Shown piece by piece: positions 27,194 to 34,339 of a DNA stretch of 64,000 nucleotides. The notes below the pieces were generated by a model. It saw only the letters and a program-made list of their open reading frames with translations. It ran no database searches and had not been told where the DNA came from. A program made the translations under genes and the position numbers. The stretch's first letter is position 1. Each line of letters opens with the position of its first letter. This DNA comes from Spirochaetota bacterium. Its GTDB lineage: Bacteria > Spirochaetota > Spirochaetia > Treponematales > UBA12059. The DNA lies in assembly GCA_018262985.1 (NCBI GenBank), contig JADFDI010000002.1, forward strand, positions 266,314 to 330,313, written 5' to 3'.

Positions 27194-28174
27194 ATGGATC
27201 CGGATGCCTTCCACCGCTCGCTGACCGTCGTCGACGGCCATTGCGACACGGTGCTCGACCTGGTCGGTCGCTCGCTCTCGCGCCCCGGCGGTCCGCCGCG
27301 CGACTTCCTGGAACGGGGAAGCTCGGGCCACCTGGACCTGCCGCGGCTCGTCGAGGGCGGGGTGGCCTGCCAGACCATGGCGCTCTTCGTGGAGGACGCC
27401 CTGGTTTTCGACGCCACGGCCGAAACCCACCGCCTGATCGACGCGCTGGAATCCGTATTCGAGCGGACCGGGGCTTTCGTCCCGGCCAAGGACGCGACCG
27501 GCGTCAGGACGGCGCGGGAAGCCGGGAAGGTGGCCGCCCTGCTCTCGATCGAAGGAGGCGAGTGCCTCGGCGAAAGCCTGGACGAGCTCCGGGCTTTCCA
27601 CGCCAGGGGCGTGCGCATGCTCGGCCTGACCTGGAACCGCGCGAACGCCCTCGGCCGGGGCGTCCGCGCCCCGGGTCCGGGCGGCCTGACGGACTTCGGG
27701 CGACGCGTCGTCCGCGAAATGGAACGACTGGACATGGTGGTGGACGCCTCCCACCTCTCCGACGAGGCGCTCGACGAGCTCGTCGCGATGGCCGAGCGGC
27801 CCGTGGTCGCCTCGCACTCGAACGCGCGCGCCGTCTGCCCCGACGACCGGAACCTCGACGACGCGCGGGCCGAGGCCATCGCGCGCACGGGCGGCCTCGT
27901 CGCCCTCACCTTCGCCGGCGCCTTCGTCGACGCGGATCCCGCGCGCGTTTCCCTCGATCGCTACATCGACCATTTCGAGCGCCTGCTGGCCGTGGTCGGG
28001 CCGGACCACCTGGGGCTCGGCTCCGATTTCGACGGCTACACCGACGCGTACGGCGTGGTCCTGCGTTCCTGCGCGGCCCTGCCGGAGCTGACGCGGGCCC
28101 TCCTCGCTCGCGGGCACGCGGCGGACACGGTACGAAAATTCATGGGGGAAAACTGGCTCAGGATCCTCGGGTGA
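27194..28174 (+). CDS. Membrane dipeptidase, peptidase family M19
   Basis: 326 aa. GGAGGA lies upstream. VVDGHCDT, GVACQTMALF, GVRMLGLTWN, VVDASHLSD, VASHSNARA and GLGSDFDG are the M19 metal and active-site blocks. Confidence 0.9.
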   Translation: MDPDAFHRSLTVVDGHCDTVLDLVGRSLSRPGGPPRDFLERGSSGHLDLPRLVEGGVACQTMALFVEDALVFDATAETHRLIDALESVFERTGAFVPAKDATGVRTAREAGKVAALLSIEGGECLGESLDELRAFHARGVRMLGLTWNRANALGRGVRAPGPGGLTDFGRRVVREMERLDMVVDASHLSDEALDELVAMAERPVVASHSNARAVCPDDRNLDDARAEAIARTGGLVALTFAGAFVDADPARVSLDRYIDHFERLLAVVGPDHLGLGSDFDGYTDAYGVVLRSCAALPELTRALLARGHAADTVRKFMGENWLRILG

Positions 28175-28268
28175 GGTCGATGGCTACGAGGGCGGGGACG
28201 ACGAGGGGGATGGCTACGAAATCGGGGACGATGAGGTCGATGGCTACGAGGGCGGGGACTATGAGGGG
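28173..28268. repeat. Tandem direct repeat, 3 full copies of a 30-bp unit plus a 6-bp partial copy
   Basis: Copy 1 is GATGGCTACGAGGGCGGGGACGACGAGGGG (28179-28208). Copy 2 is GATGGCTACGAAATCGGGGACGATGAGGTC (28209-28238). Copy 3 is GATGGCTACGAGGGCGGGGACTATGAGGGG (28239-28268). They are preceded by GAGGTC (28173-28178), which matches the end of copy 2. The array lies between the dipeptidase stop and the rnc stop. Confidence 0.85.
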
Positions 28269-28297
28269 CAGGGGCCGGAGGACGGGGGAGCGACCGC

Positions 28298-29059
28298 TCA
28301 GCCGAGCTCCTTGATGCGCTCCGCTTCGAGCCCGCCCGCGGCGACGATGCCGTCGTAGGCCATGCGCGCGGCCTCGCGCTCCGCTTCCTTCTTGCTTTTC
28401 CCGCCGGCCGGGCCGTAGGCGAACTCGCCGACGCGGCAGAGCACCTGGAAGGTCCGGTCGTGGTCGGGCCCGACCTTGGCGGCGAGCTCGTAGACCGGAT
28501 ACTGCCGGCGATACTTCTGCAGGTATTCCTGGAGGATGGTCTTGTAGTCCTTGCGGTGCCGGCCCTCGAGCACCTTGTCGACCTCGGGGACCGTCAGCCT
28601 GAGCACGAAGGCGGCCGCCTTGTCGAAGCCCTGGTCGACGTAACAGGCCCCGATGACGGCCTCGAGCGCGTCGGCGAGGATGGCCTTCTTGCGCCGACCG
28701 CCTGTCTGCTCCTCGCCCTTCCCCACGCGGATCACCCGGTCGATCCCGAGCTCCGCCGCCATCGACGAGAGCGTGTCCTCGGACACCACGAAGCTCTTGA
28801 CCCGCGCCAGTTCGCCTTCGGCCTTGTCGGCGAGCGTGCGGTACAGGTACGACGCGACGACGACGCCGAGGACGGCGTCGCCGAGGAATTCGAGTCGTTC
28901 GTTGTTCGGGGCCGAGGATTGGTCCTCGTTGGCGAAGGAACGATGGGTGAGGGCGCGGTCCAGGAGCTCGAGCTCCCTGAACCGCAGCCCGCAGGCCTTC
29001 TGGAAGGCGTTCAGGACCGACTTGCGCTGACGGCCGGGGCCGCCCGAAGGGAAAAGCAC
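28298..29059 (-). CDS. rnc: Ribonuclease III
   Basis: 253 aa. RNase III signature NERLEFLGDAVLGVVVASYLY, catalytic EDTLSSMAAELG...ADALEAVIGA, and a C-terminal dsRBD (GPDHDRTFQVLCRVG...GKSKKEAEREAA). Confidence 0.93.
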   Translation of the reverse strand: MLFPSGGPGRQRKSVLNAFQKACGLRFRELELLDRALTHRSFANEDQSSAPNNERLEFLGDAVLGVVVASYLYRTLADKAEGELARVKSFVVSEDTLSSMAAELGIDRVIRVGKGEEQTGGRRKKAILADALEAVIGACYVDQGFDKAAAFVLRLTVPEVDKVLEGRHRKDYKTILQEYLQKYRRQYPVYELAAKVGPDHDRTFQVLCRVGEFAYGPAGGKSKKEAEREAARMAYDGIVAAGGLEAERIKELG

Positions 29060-29074
29060 GGTCCCGACGCTTCC

Positions 29075-29311
29075 TTACTTCACCTGGGTCTTGATGTACT
29101 CGTAGGCGTCGCGGACGGTCTCGAACTCGTTGGCCTTCTCGTCCGGGATGGTGATGCCGAGCTCCTCCTCGATGCCGTAGACCAGCTCGTAGGTGTCGAG
29201 GCTGTCGGCTCCGAGGTCCTGGCGGAAGCTCGCGTCGAGGGTGATCTTGTCATCCTCCACCTCGAGCTTGTCGGCGATGATCTTCTTGATCTTTGCGAAG
29301 AGCTCGTCCAT
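29075..29311 (-). CDS. acpP: Acyl carrier protein
   Basis: 78 aa with the phosphopantetheine attachment motif LGADSLDTYELV. Confidence 0.95.
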   Translation of the reverse strand: MDELFAKIKKIIADKLEVEDDKITLDASFRQDLGADSLDTYELVYGIEEELGITIPDEKANEFETVRDAYEYIKTQVK

Positions 29312-29323
29312 GGGAATTCTCCT

Positions 29324-29512
29324 TTACCCGTTGTTCTCGGGCGCGAAGACCTGCCTGCCGCGGTAGAAGCCGCACTTGGGGCAGACGCGGTGCATGAGCA
29401 CCGGGTTGCCGCAGTTGCCGCACGCGACGAGGGTCGGCGCGGTAAGCTTCATGTTGATCGACTGGCGGCGGTGCGTGCGCGCCTTCGAAGTTTTTGCTCT
29501 GGGTACAGCCAT
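29324..29512 (-). CDS. rpmF: 50S ribosomal protein L32
   Basis: 62 aa. MAVPRAKTSKARTHRRQS and the zinc-ribbon cysteines CGNCGN...CPKCG. Confidence 0.95.
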   Translation of the reverse strand: MAVPRAKTSKARTHRRQSINMKLTAPTLVACGNCGNPVLMHRVCPKCGFYRGRQVFAPENNG

Positions 29513-29560
29513 TTGAAACCTCGTGCCTAGTGGTGTAGACGTGTGGAAATTCTCGACCGT

Positions 29561-29589
29561 ACCCTACCGAACGGGGCGGTCTTTGTCAA
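29561..29589 (-). promoter_or_regulatory. Candidate sigma70-type promoter for rpmF-acpP-rnc
   Basis: Minus strand reads TTGACA (29589-29584), N17, TAGGGT (29566-29561). A second TTGACA lies about 40 nt further upstream. Confidence 0.45.
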
Positions 29590-29631
29590 GGCGACCCCGT
29601 GGCCGCCATTTTGTCAGTTTTACGTTTTTTG

Positions 29632-30123
29632 TCAAGTGGTCTTGCCGGAGTGCAGACGGACGAGAAGCTCCTCGGCGATGGCCGGAGGCACCATTCCCGT
29701 CAGGTTTCCGCCGAAGCTGGCCAGCTCCTTGATGGCGCTCGAACGCAGCACGAAGAAGCGCGGGTCGGTCGGCATGAAGACCGTCTCGATGGCCGGGTCG
29801 AGCCCCTTGTTCATCACGGAGAGCTCGAATTCATAGGAAAAGTCCTGCACCGACCTCACGCCGCGCAGCAGGACGGAGCAGCCGCGCTGGCGCGCGAAAT
29901 CGACGATCAGGGTTTCGCAGACGTGGACCGAGACCTCGGGCCACTGTCCCACGAGCTTCGTGAGATGCGCGACCCGCTCCTCCGGGGAAAACGTGCCGGT
30001 TTTCTGCCGGTTCACCGCGACGACCACCAAAACTTCGTCGAAAAGGCTCCGGGCGCGCTCGATGATGTTGAGGTGCCCGTACGTCGGCGGATCGAAGGAT
30101 CCCGGGAAGACTGCCTTGACCAT
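29632..30123 (-). CDS. coaD: Phosphopantetheine adenylyltransferase
   Basis: 163 aa. MVKAVFPGSFDPPTYGHLNIIERA (T/HxGH nucleotidyltransferase motif) and SSAIKELASFGG. Confidence 0.93.
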   Translation of the reverse strand: MVKAVFPGSFDPPTYGHLNIIERARSLFDEVLVVVAVNRQKTGTFSPEERVAHLTKLVGQWPEVSVHVCETLIVDFARQRGCSVLLRGVRSVQDFSYEFELSVMNKGLDPAIETVFMPTDPRFFVLRSSAIKELASFGGNLTGMVPPAIAEELLVRLHSGKTT

Positions 30124-30130
30124 GCGGCAG

Positions 30131-30160
30131 ACTGTAGTCCGAGCCCGAACGCCGGGTCAA
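30131..30160 (-). promoter_or_regulatory. Candidate promoter abutting the coaD ATG (leaderless geometry)
   Basis: Minus strand reads TTGACC (30160-30155), N18, TACAGT (30136-30131), N7, ATG 30123. There is no SD. Confidence 0.45.
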
Positions 30161-30198
30161 GCTCGGACCGTATCCGCCCGCTTCCCCTCCGGGGCGTC

Positions 30199-30228
30199 TT
30201 CACGGAAGCGGCGAACCCGCGCTACTAT
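30199..30228 (+). promoter_or_regulatory. Candidate promoter abutting the lnt ATG (leaderless geometry)
   Basis: TTCACG (30199-30204), N18, TACTAT (30223-30228), N6 (CGATCC), ATG 30235. There is no SD. Confidence 0.4.
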
Positions 30229-30234
30229 CGATCC

Positions 30235-31950
30235 ATGATCCGCACCATGCCGTCGTCGACCGGAGCCATCGTCGCGCTCGCCGCGTTCGGAGGGGCGCTG
30301 TCGGCGCTCGCCCTGCCCAACGAGCTGTTCCTCTACGGCTCGCCCGCGATCGGCCTGGTCGCCCTCGTGCCCCTGTACCTGGCCATGCGCCGATCCCGCT
30401 CGTACGGCGCGGCCGCGCTGGCGGCCGCCGTCTTCGGCGCGCTCGCGCACGGGCTCTCGAGCTACTGGCTCTGGTTCTTCAAGGACTTCCGCTTCTGGAC
30501 CCTCGGCACCACGACCCTGGCCTACGCCCTGCTCTACGCCCTGGCCGGCCTCTACCTGAGGCTCGCCGCGCGCGAGGGGGGAAGGCTGGCCCCCCTCGCC
30601 TTCGCGCTCGTCTGGACCTCGTGGGAGCACCTCAAGTCGATCGGCTTCCTCGGCTACCCCTGGGGACTCATCGCGTATTCCTGGAACTCGGTCCTGCCGT
30701 TCATCCAGCTCTCCGCCGTGACCGGCGTGCCGGGGCTCTCGTTCCTGATCGCCTACGCGAACGGCGCGCTCGGAAACCTGGTCGAATTCCTCGGGCCGCC
30801 GCCGCCGCTCTCGGGCCTGCCCGCCTGCGGGCCCGGGCACGGCGCTGAACCGGCGTTCTTCCGCTTCCTGCGCGCGTTCCGCGCGCGCGCGGCCGGCCTG
30901 TCCTGCGAGCTCCGCATACGGGCCGAGAGGCGGGCGATGGCCGCCGGCCATCTGGCCCTCGTCGCCATGCTCGGCTCGCTGGCGCTGGCCTACGGCTCGG
31001 TCCGTCTCGCGGCGCCGCTCAAGGAGACGGCTCGGATCAAGGCCGCCCTGGTCCAGCAGAACACCGACAGCTGGACCTCGGGCGAGCTCGCCACCCTGAA
31101 GGCCATAGCCCGGCTCACCCGCAAGGTCCTCGAGGAGAATCCGGACGGACTCGACCTCGTGGTCTGGAGCGAAACGAGCCTCGCGCGGCCCTGGGACGAC
31201 TTCTCCGCCTTCTACGAAAGAACCCCGCGCGAGGATCCCCTCGCCCCCCTCGTCCGCTCCTCCGGCGCCTGGACCTTCACCGGAGCGCCGGACATCCTCG
31301 ACTACGAGACCTACGAGGCGTCGAATTCGGTCTCGCTGATCGACCCCTCGGGGCGCCTCGCGGCGCAGTACGCCAAGACCCACCCCGTGCCCTTCGCCGA
31401 GGCCATCCCCTTCTGGGAGGTGGACTGGTTCAGGACCTTCATCCAGGAGACCGTCGGCCTGGCCTCGGGCTGGGTCATGGGGACGGAGCTCACCGTTTTC
31501 GAGTTGCCGCTCCGCGACGGCGCGATCGTGCGCTTCGGCGCGCCGATCTGCTTCGAGGACGCCTTCGCCTCGCTCAACCGCGACTTCGTCCTGAAAGGGG
31601 CGGACTTCCTGCTCAACCTGACCAACGACTCGTGGTCGCTCACGGACTCGAGCGAGATCCAGCACTTCGTGGCCGCCCGCTTCCGGGCGATCGAGACGGG
31701 CCGCACGCTCGTCCGTTCGACCAACTCGGGCGTCACCGCCGTGGTGGACCCGCGCGGCCGCGTGCTCGACTCCTTCCCGCTCTTCGTCGAGGAGGCGCGG
31801 GCGGTGGACATTCCGGTCTACTCGGGCGGCGCTCCGACCCCCTACCTGGCCTACGGCGACTGGTTCGCCGGCCTCGCGCTCTTCCTTTCCGGCCTGCTCG
31901 CCCTTATACTTGGAATCCAGGAACCCTTGCCGAGGAGGAAGCACGCTTGA
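30235..31950 (+). CDS. lnt: Apolipoprotein N-acyltransferase
   Basis: Track ORF 29599..31950 trimmed to ATG 30235. The N-terminal half is multi-TM and the C-terminal half is a CN-hydrolase domain carrying LVVWSETS (Glu), the YAKTHPVPFAE region and FGAPICFED (Cys). Confidence 0.9.
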   Translation: MIRTMPSSTGAIVALAAFGGALSALALPNELFLYGSPAIGLVALVPLYLAMRRSRSYGAAALAAAVFGALAHGLSSYWLWFFKDFRFWTLGTTTLAYALLYALAGLYLRLAAREGGRLAPLAFALVWTSWEHLKSIGFLGYPWGLIAYSWNSVLPFIQLSAVTGVPGLSFLIAYANGALGNLVEFLGPPPPLSGLPACGPGHGAEPAFFRFLRAFRARAAGLSCELRIRAERRAMAAGHLALVAMLGSLALAYGSVRLAAPLKETARIKAALVQQNTDSWTSGELATLKAIARLTRKVLEENPDGLDLVVWSETSLARPWDDFSAFYERTPREDPLAPLVRSSGAWTFTGAPDILDYETYEASNSVSLIDPSGRLAAQYAKTHPVPFAEAIPFWEVDWFRTFIQETVGLASGWVMGTELTVFELPLRDGAIVRFGAPICFEDAFASLNRDFVLKGADFLLNLTNDSWSLTDSSEIQHFVAARFRAIETGRTLVRSTNSGVTAVVDPRGRVLDSFPLFVEEARAVDIPVYSGGAPTPYLAYGDWFAGLALFLSGLLALILGIQEPLPRRKHA

Positions 31951-32324
31951 GCATCAGCGAATACCTCGACGCGGAGCCCTTCCGCGAGATCGTTTCCTAC
32001 CAGCGGGCCGGAGCGCCCCAGGACGCCGTGGATTTCGTCGGCACGCCGCGCAAGCACCCCTACGACGACGAAAAGCTGATCCTGATCACCGAGCCGGACT
32101 CGGTCGACGCCGGACTTTTCGAGTTCCGGGTGGCCGACGTCCTCTCCGCCCAGGACCTGCCTTCGCCCGTGCGCTCCGACGGCGAGAGCTGGCCCCTCGT
32201 GAGGCTCTGGGTGCGCAAGGGTTCGATCGGCGTCCGCTACGAACCCTTCGAGGTCGACCGCCCCCGCAAGCCCCTCGGCGCCGCGCGCGTCGAGGCGAGG
32301 GGCCTGGTGCGCCGGGAGGGCTGA
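31947..32324 (+). CDS. Hypothetical protein (125 aa)
   Basis: TTG 31947 overlaps the lnt stop (TTGA) and is preceded by GAGGAGGA at 31932-31939. The product is soluble (SISEYLDAEPFREIVSYQRAGAPQDAVDFVGTPRKHPYDDEKLILITEPDS...). I recognise no family. Confidence 0.6.
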   Translation: MSISEYLDAEPFREIVSYQRAGAPQDAVDFVGTPRKHPYDDEKLILITEPDSVDAGLFEFRVADVLSAQDLPSPVRSDGESWPLVRLWVRKGSIGVRYEPFEVDRPRKPLGAARVEARGLVRREG

Positions 32325-32415
32325 CACGGCCGCCGGCGGGTACCCGGAAGGCCGCTACTGGAACGCGGGAAAGTCCGGCGCGGTCTCGTGCGGGCTGTGT
32401 CCCCACCGTTGCCTT

Positions 32416-33342
32416 TTGGCGGCGGGTTCTTCCGGCATCTGCAAGGTCAGGAAGAACGAGGGCGGCCGCCTGGTCCTGCCCTTCGCGGGAAGGGTCAGCT
32501 CCGTGGCCGTCGACCCGATCGAGAAGAAGCCCCTCTACCATTTCAAGCCGGGCAGCGCCGCCCTCTCGATCGGCTTCGTCGGCTGCAACCTGCGCTGCCC
32601 CTTCTGCCAAAACTGGGGAATCAGCCAGGGCGTCGACGCGCCGACTGAGCCCCTCGACCCGGGCGAATGCGCGGCCCTGGCCCGCCACGCGCGCTCGGCC
32701 TCGGTGGCCTACACCTACTCCGAGCCCGCCGTCCACGCCGAGTGGGTGATCGAGGCCATGGCCTCGGTGCGCGCGGCGGGCCTTTCCAACGTCCTCGTGA
32801 CGAACGGCTGCGTCCTTCCGCCCGCCTCCACGGAGCTGCTCGCGCGCTGCGACGCCGTCAACGTCGACCTCAAGTCCTGGGACGCGGATTTCTACCGGCG
32901 GGAACTCGGCGGCGAGCTCGAGGCGGTCAAGGCCTTCATCGCCGAGGCGTTCGGGGCCGGGGTCCACGTCGAGGCCACCACCCTCGTCCTGCCCGGCGCG
33001 AACGATTCGGACGACGAGATCGACGCGATGGCCGCCTTCCTCGCCTCGCTTTCGCCGGATATCCCCTACCACCTTTCCGCCTACCGGCCCATGCACCGCT
33101 GGACGAAGCCCGCGACGAGCCCGGATAGCGTCGTCCGCCTGGCCGCCGTGGCGCGCCGGAGGCTCCGCCACGTCTACGCGGGCAACCTGGCTTCCGAGCG
33201 CAACGACGACCCCTGCCCCGCCTGCGGCGCCGTCCTCGCGCGGCGCGCCGGGTACTCGGTGGACTCCTCGGGCCTCGCGAAGGGTCCGGACGGCGAGGCC
33301 CGCTGCGCCGCCTGCGGGGAGCGGGTCGCGTACCGGCTCTGA
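32416..33342 (+). CDS. AmmeMemoRadiSam-system-type radical SAM enzyme (PflA-like); true N-terminus probably upstream of the first canonical start
   Basis: IEKKPLYHFKPGSAALSIGFVGCNLRCPFCQNWGISQ carries the CxxxCxxC SAM cluster motif. TTG 32416 is the first ATG/GTG/TTG in frame, yet the same frame upstream encodes GRYWNAGKSGAVSCGLCPHRCLLAAGSSGICKVRKN, which matches the family N-terminus (see findings). Confidence 0.85.
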   Translation: MAAGSSGICKVRKNEGGRLVLPFAGRVSSVAVDPIEKKPLYHFKPGSAALSIGFVGCNLRCPFCQNWGISQGVDAPTEPLDPGECAALARHARSASVAYTYSEPAVHAEWVIEAMASVRAAGLSNVLVTNGCVLPPASTELLARCDAVNVDLKSWDADFYRRELGGELEAVKAFIAEAFGAGVHVEATTLVLPGANDSDDEIDAMAAFLASLSPDIPYHLSAYRPMHRWTKPATSPDSVVRLAAVARRRLRHVYAGNLASERNDDPCPACGAVLARRAGYSVDSSGLAKGPDGEARCAACGERVAYRL

Positions 33343-33568
33343 GCCCGGCGCGCGGGCGGAGCCTCGGGGGACGAGGCCGGAGGACGGCGCCGCCGGGCCC
33401 GCGAGGCGCCGTCCGCCGCGGGAGGGCGGGCCTTCCGGCGGGGTCGAAGCGAGCTCGAGGGCGTGCCCGTCGTTTTCCCCTTCATTGATATGGAATCAAG
33501 AAACCGTGCCATGAACCGCGCGGCGAGAAAAAAATCGTGGCTCCGCGGTTTTTTCGTTTTCGGCTCGC

Positions 33569-33597
33569 TTGACAAAGAAATGCGATTCTGGCATTGT
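33569..33597 (+). promoter_or_regulatory. Candidate promoter for the tRNA-His/Arg/Lys cluster
   Basis: TTGACA (33569-33574), N17, CATTGT (33592-33597), about 23 nt upstream of tRNA-His. The -10 is weak. Confidence 0.35.
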
Positions 33598-33619
33598 TCA
33601 CTCACCAAGTGCACGGCAC

Positions 33620-33693
33620 GGTGGGTGTAGCTCAGCAGGTAGAGCACCAGACTGTGGATCTGGGTGTCGCGGGTTCAAGACCCGTCACCCACC
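33620..33693 (+). tRNA. tRNA-His (GTG) with encoded G-1
   Basis: G GTGGGTG TA GCTC AGCAGGT AGAGC A CCAGA CTGTGGA TCTGG GTGTC GCGGG TTCAAGA CCCGT CACCCAC C. The extra 5' G opposite the discriminator C is typical of tRNA-His. No CCA is encoded. Confidence 0.92.
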
Positions 33694-33736
33694 CGGCTTC
33701 GCCTACCGCGAAGGGCCCGAGCCTTGGCCGAAAGAT

Positions 33737-33810
33737 GCGTTCGTAGCTCAGCTGGATAGAGCGACGGACTTCGAATCCGTAGGTCGCAGGTTCGACTCCT
33801 GTCGGACGCA
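33737..33810 (+). tRNA. tRNA-Arg (TCG)
   Basis: GCGTTCG TA GCTC AGCTGGAT AGAGC G ACGGA CTTCGAA TCCGT AGGTC GCAGG TTCGACT CCTGT CGGACGC A. Confidence 0.92.
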
Positions 33811-33825
33811 TTGGTAGTTTTGTCC

Positions 33826-33898
33826 GGGCCGCTAGCTCAGCTGGTAGAGCAGCAGACTCTTAATCTGCGGGTCGCAGGTTCGATCCCTGCGCGGCTCA
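33826..33898 (+). tRNA. tRNA-Lys (CTT)
   Basis: GGGCCGC TA GCTC AGCTGGT AGAGC A GCAGA CTCTTAA TCTGC GGGTC GCAGG TTCGATC CCTGC GCGGCTC A. Confidence 0.92.
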
Positions 33899-33899
33899 G

Positions 33900-33981
33900 A
33901 AGGTTCCGACCGGAAGGCGAAAGCCGGAAGGAAGGTTCCGCCCTCGCGAACGTGGCGATCGGCGCCTTGGAAAAGGTTCCG
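33900..33981 (+). repeat. Three dispersed copies of AAGGTTCCG in the tRNA-Lys/tRNA-Leu spacer
   Basis: Exact 9-mers at 33900-33908, 33932-33940 and 33973-33981. The first two extend to GAAGGTTCCG. The third ends 1 nt before a TTGACA hexamer. Confidence 0.8.
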
Positions 33982-33982
33982 C

Positions 33983-34012
33983 TTGACACGGTCCGCCGGA
34001 AACCGCTACTTT
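33983..34012 (+). promoter_or_regulatory. Candidate internal promoter for tRNA-Leu/tRNA-Gly
   Basis: TTGACA (33983-33988), N18, TACTTT (34007-34012), about 22 nt upstream of tRNA-Leu. Confidence 0.4.
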
Positions 34013-34034
34013 ACGCGTGCCTCGAAGGCTCCGC

Positions 34035-34116
34035 GCGAGAGTGGTGAAACTGGCAGACACGCCGGATTTAGGTTCCGGTGCCTTACGGCATGAGGGTTCA
34101 AGTCCCTTCTCTCGCA
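34035..34116 (+). tRNA. tRNA-Leu (TAG), class II
   Basis: GCGAGAG TG GTG AAACTGGCAG ACAC GCCGGA TTTAGGT TCCGGT GCCTTACGGCAT GAGGG TTCAAGT CCCTT CTCTCGC A. Long variable arm. Confidence 0.9.
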
Positions 34117-34151
34117 TCGCGCTTCGCCGATGCGTCCGCGGGACGGTACAT

Positions 34152-34223
34152 GCGGGAATAGCTCAGTGGTAGAGCGCCACCTTGCCAAGGTGGATGTCGC
34201 GGGTCCGACTCCCGTTTCCCGCT
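34152..34223 (+). tRNA. tRNA-Gly (GCC) with atypical T-loop
   Basis: GCGGGAA TA GCTC AGTGGT AGAGC G CCACC TTGCCAA GGTGG ATGTC GCGGG TCCGACT CCCGT TTCCCGC T. The T-loop reads TCCGACT, so position 55 is C rather than the usual T. Confidence 0.85.
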
Positions 34224-34231
34224 CGAGAGCG

Positions 34232-34269
34232 AAGGCGATCCGGAGCCATTCGGATCGCCTTATTTTTTT
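34232..34269 (+). terminator. Rho-independent terminator after the tRNA cluster
   Basis: 11-bp perfect stem AAGGCGATCCG (34232-34242) / CGGATCGCCTT (34251-34261) with an 8-nt loop, followed by A and T7 (34263-34269). Confidence 0.75.
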
Positions 34270-34339
34270 CCTTTTTCCCGTCGCCGCCGACGGGCGAACG
34301 CATACCCCCGACCCGGATTCCCCTTGAGTGAGGATAGCC

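Noticed and set aside
28173-28268. Possible CRISPR array
   Set aside because: The 30-bp units are directly adjacent with no spacers, there are only three copies, and no cas genes are nearby.
27145-28314. 389-aa plus-strand ORF ending in MATRAGTTRG/MATKSGTMRS/MATRAGTMRG repeats
   Set aside because: Almost all of it is an alternative frame of the M19 dipeptidase gene. The repeated peptide is only the 30-bp DNA tandem repeat read in one frame. I report it as a DNA repeat, not a gene.
33382-33414. Perfect 10-bp GC hairpin (GGACGGCGCC...GGCGCCGTCC) after the radical SAM gene, considered as a terminator
   Set aside because: No U-tract follows it, so I cannot call an intrinsic terminator. It may still stabilise the 3' end.
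33915-33945. CCGGAAGGAAG string reminiscent of the SRP (4.5S) RNA domain IV
   Set aside because: The flanking sequence lacks the symmetric-loop partner and the conserved GGUCAGGUCC/AGCAGCC context, so it cannot be folded as a 4.5S-like hairpin.
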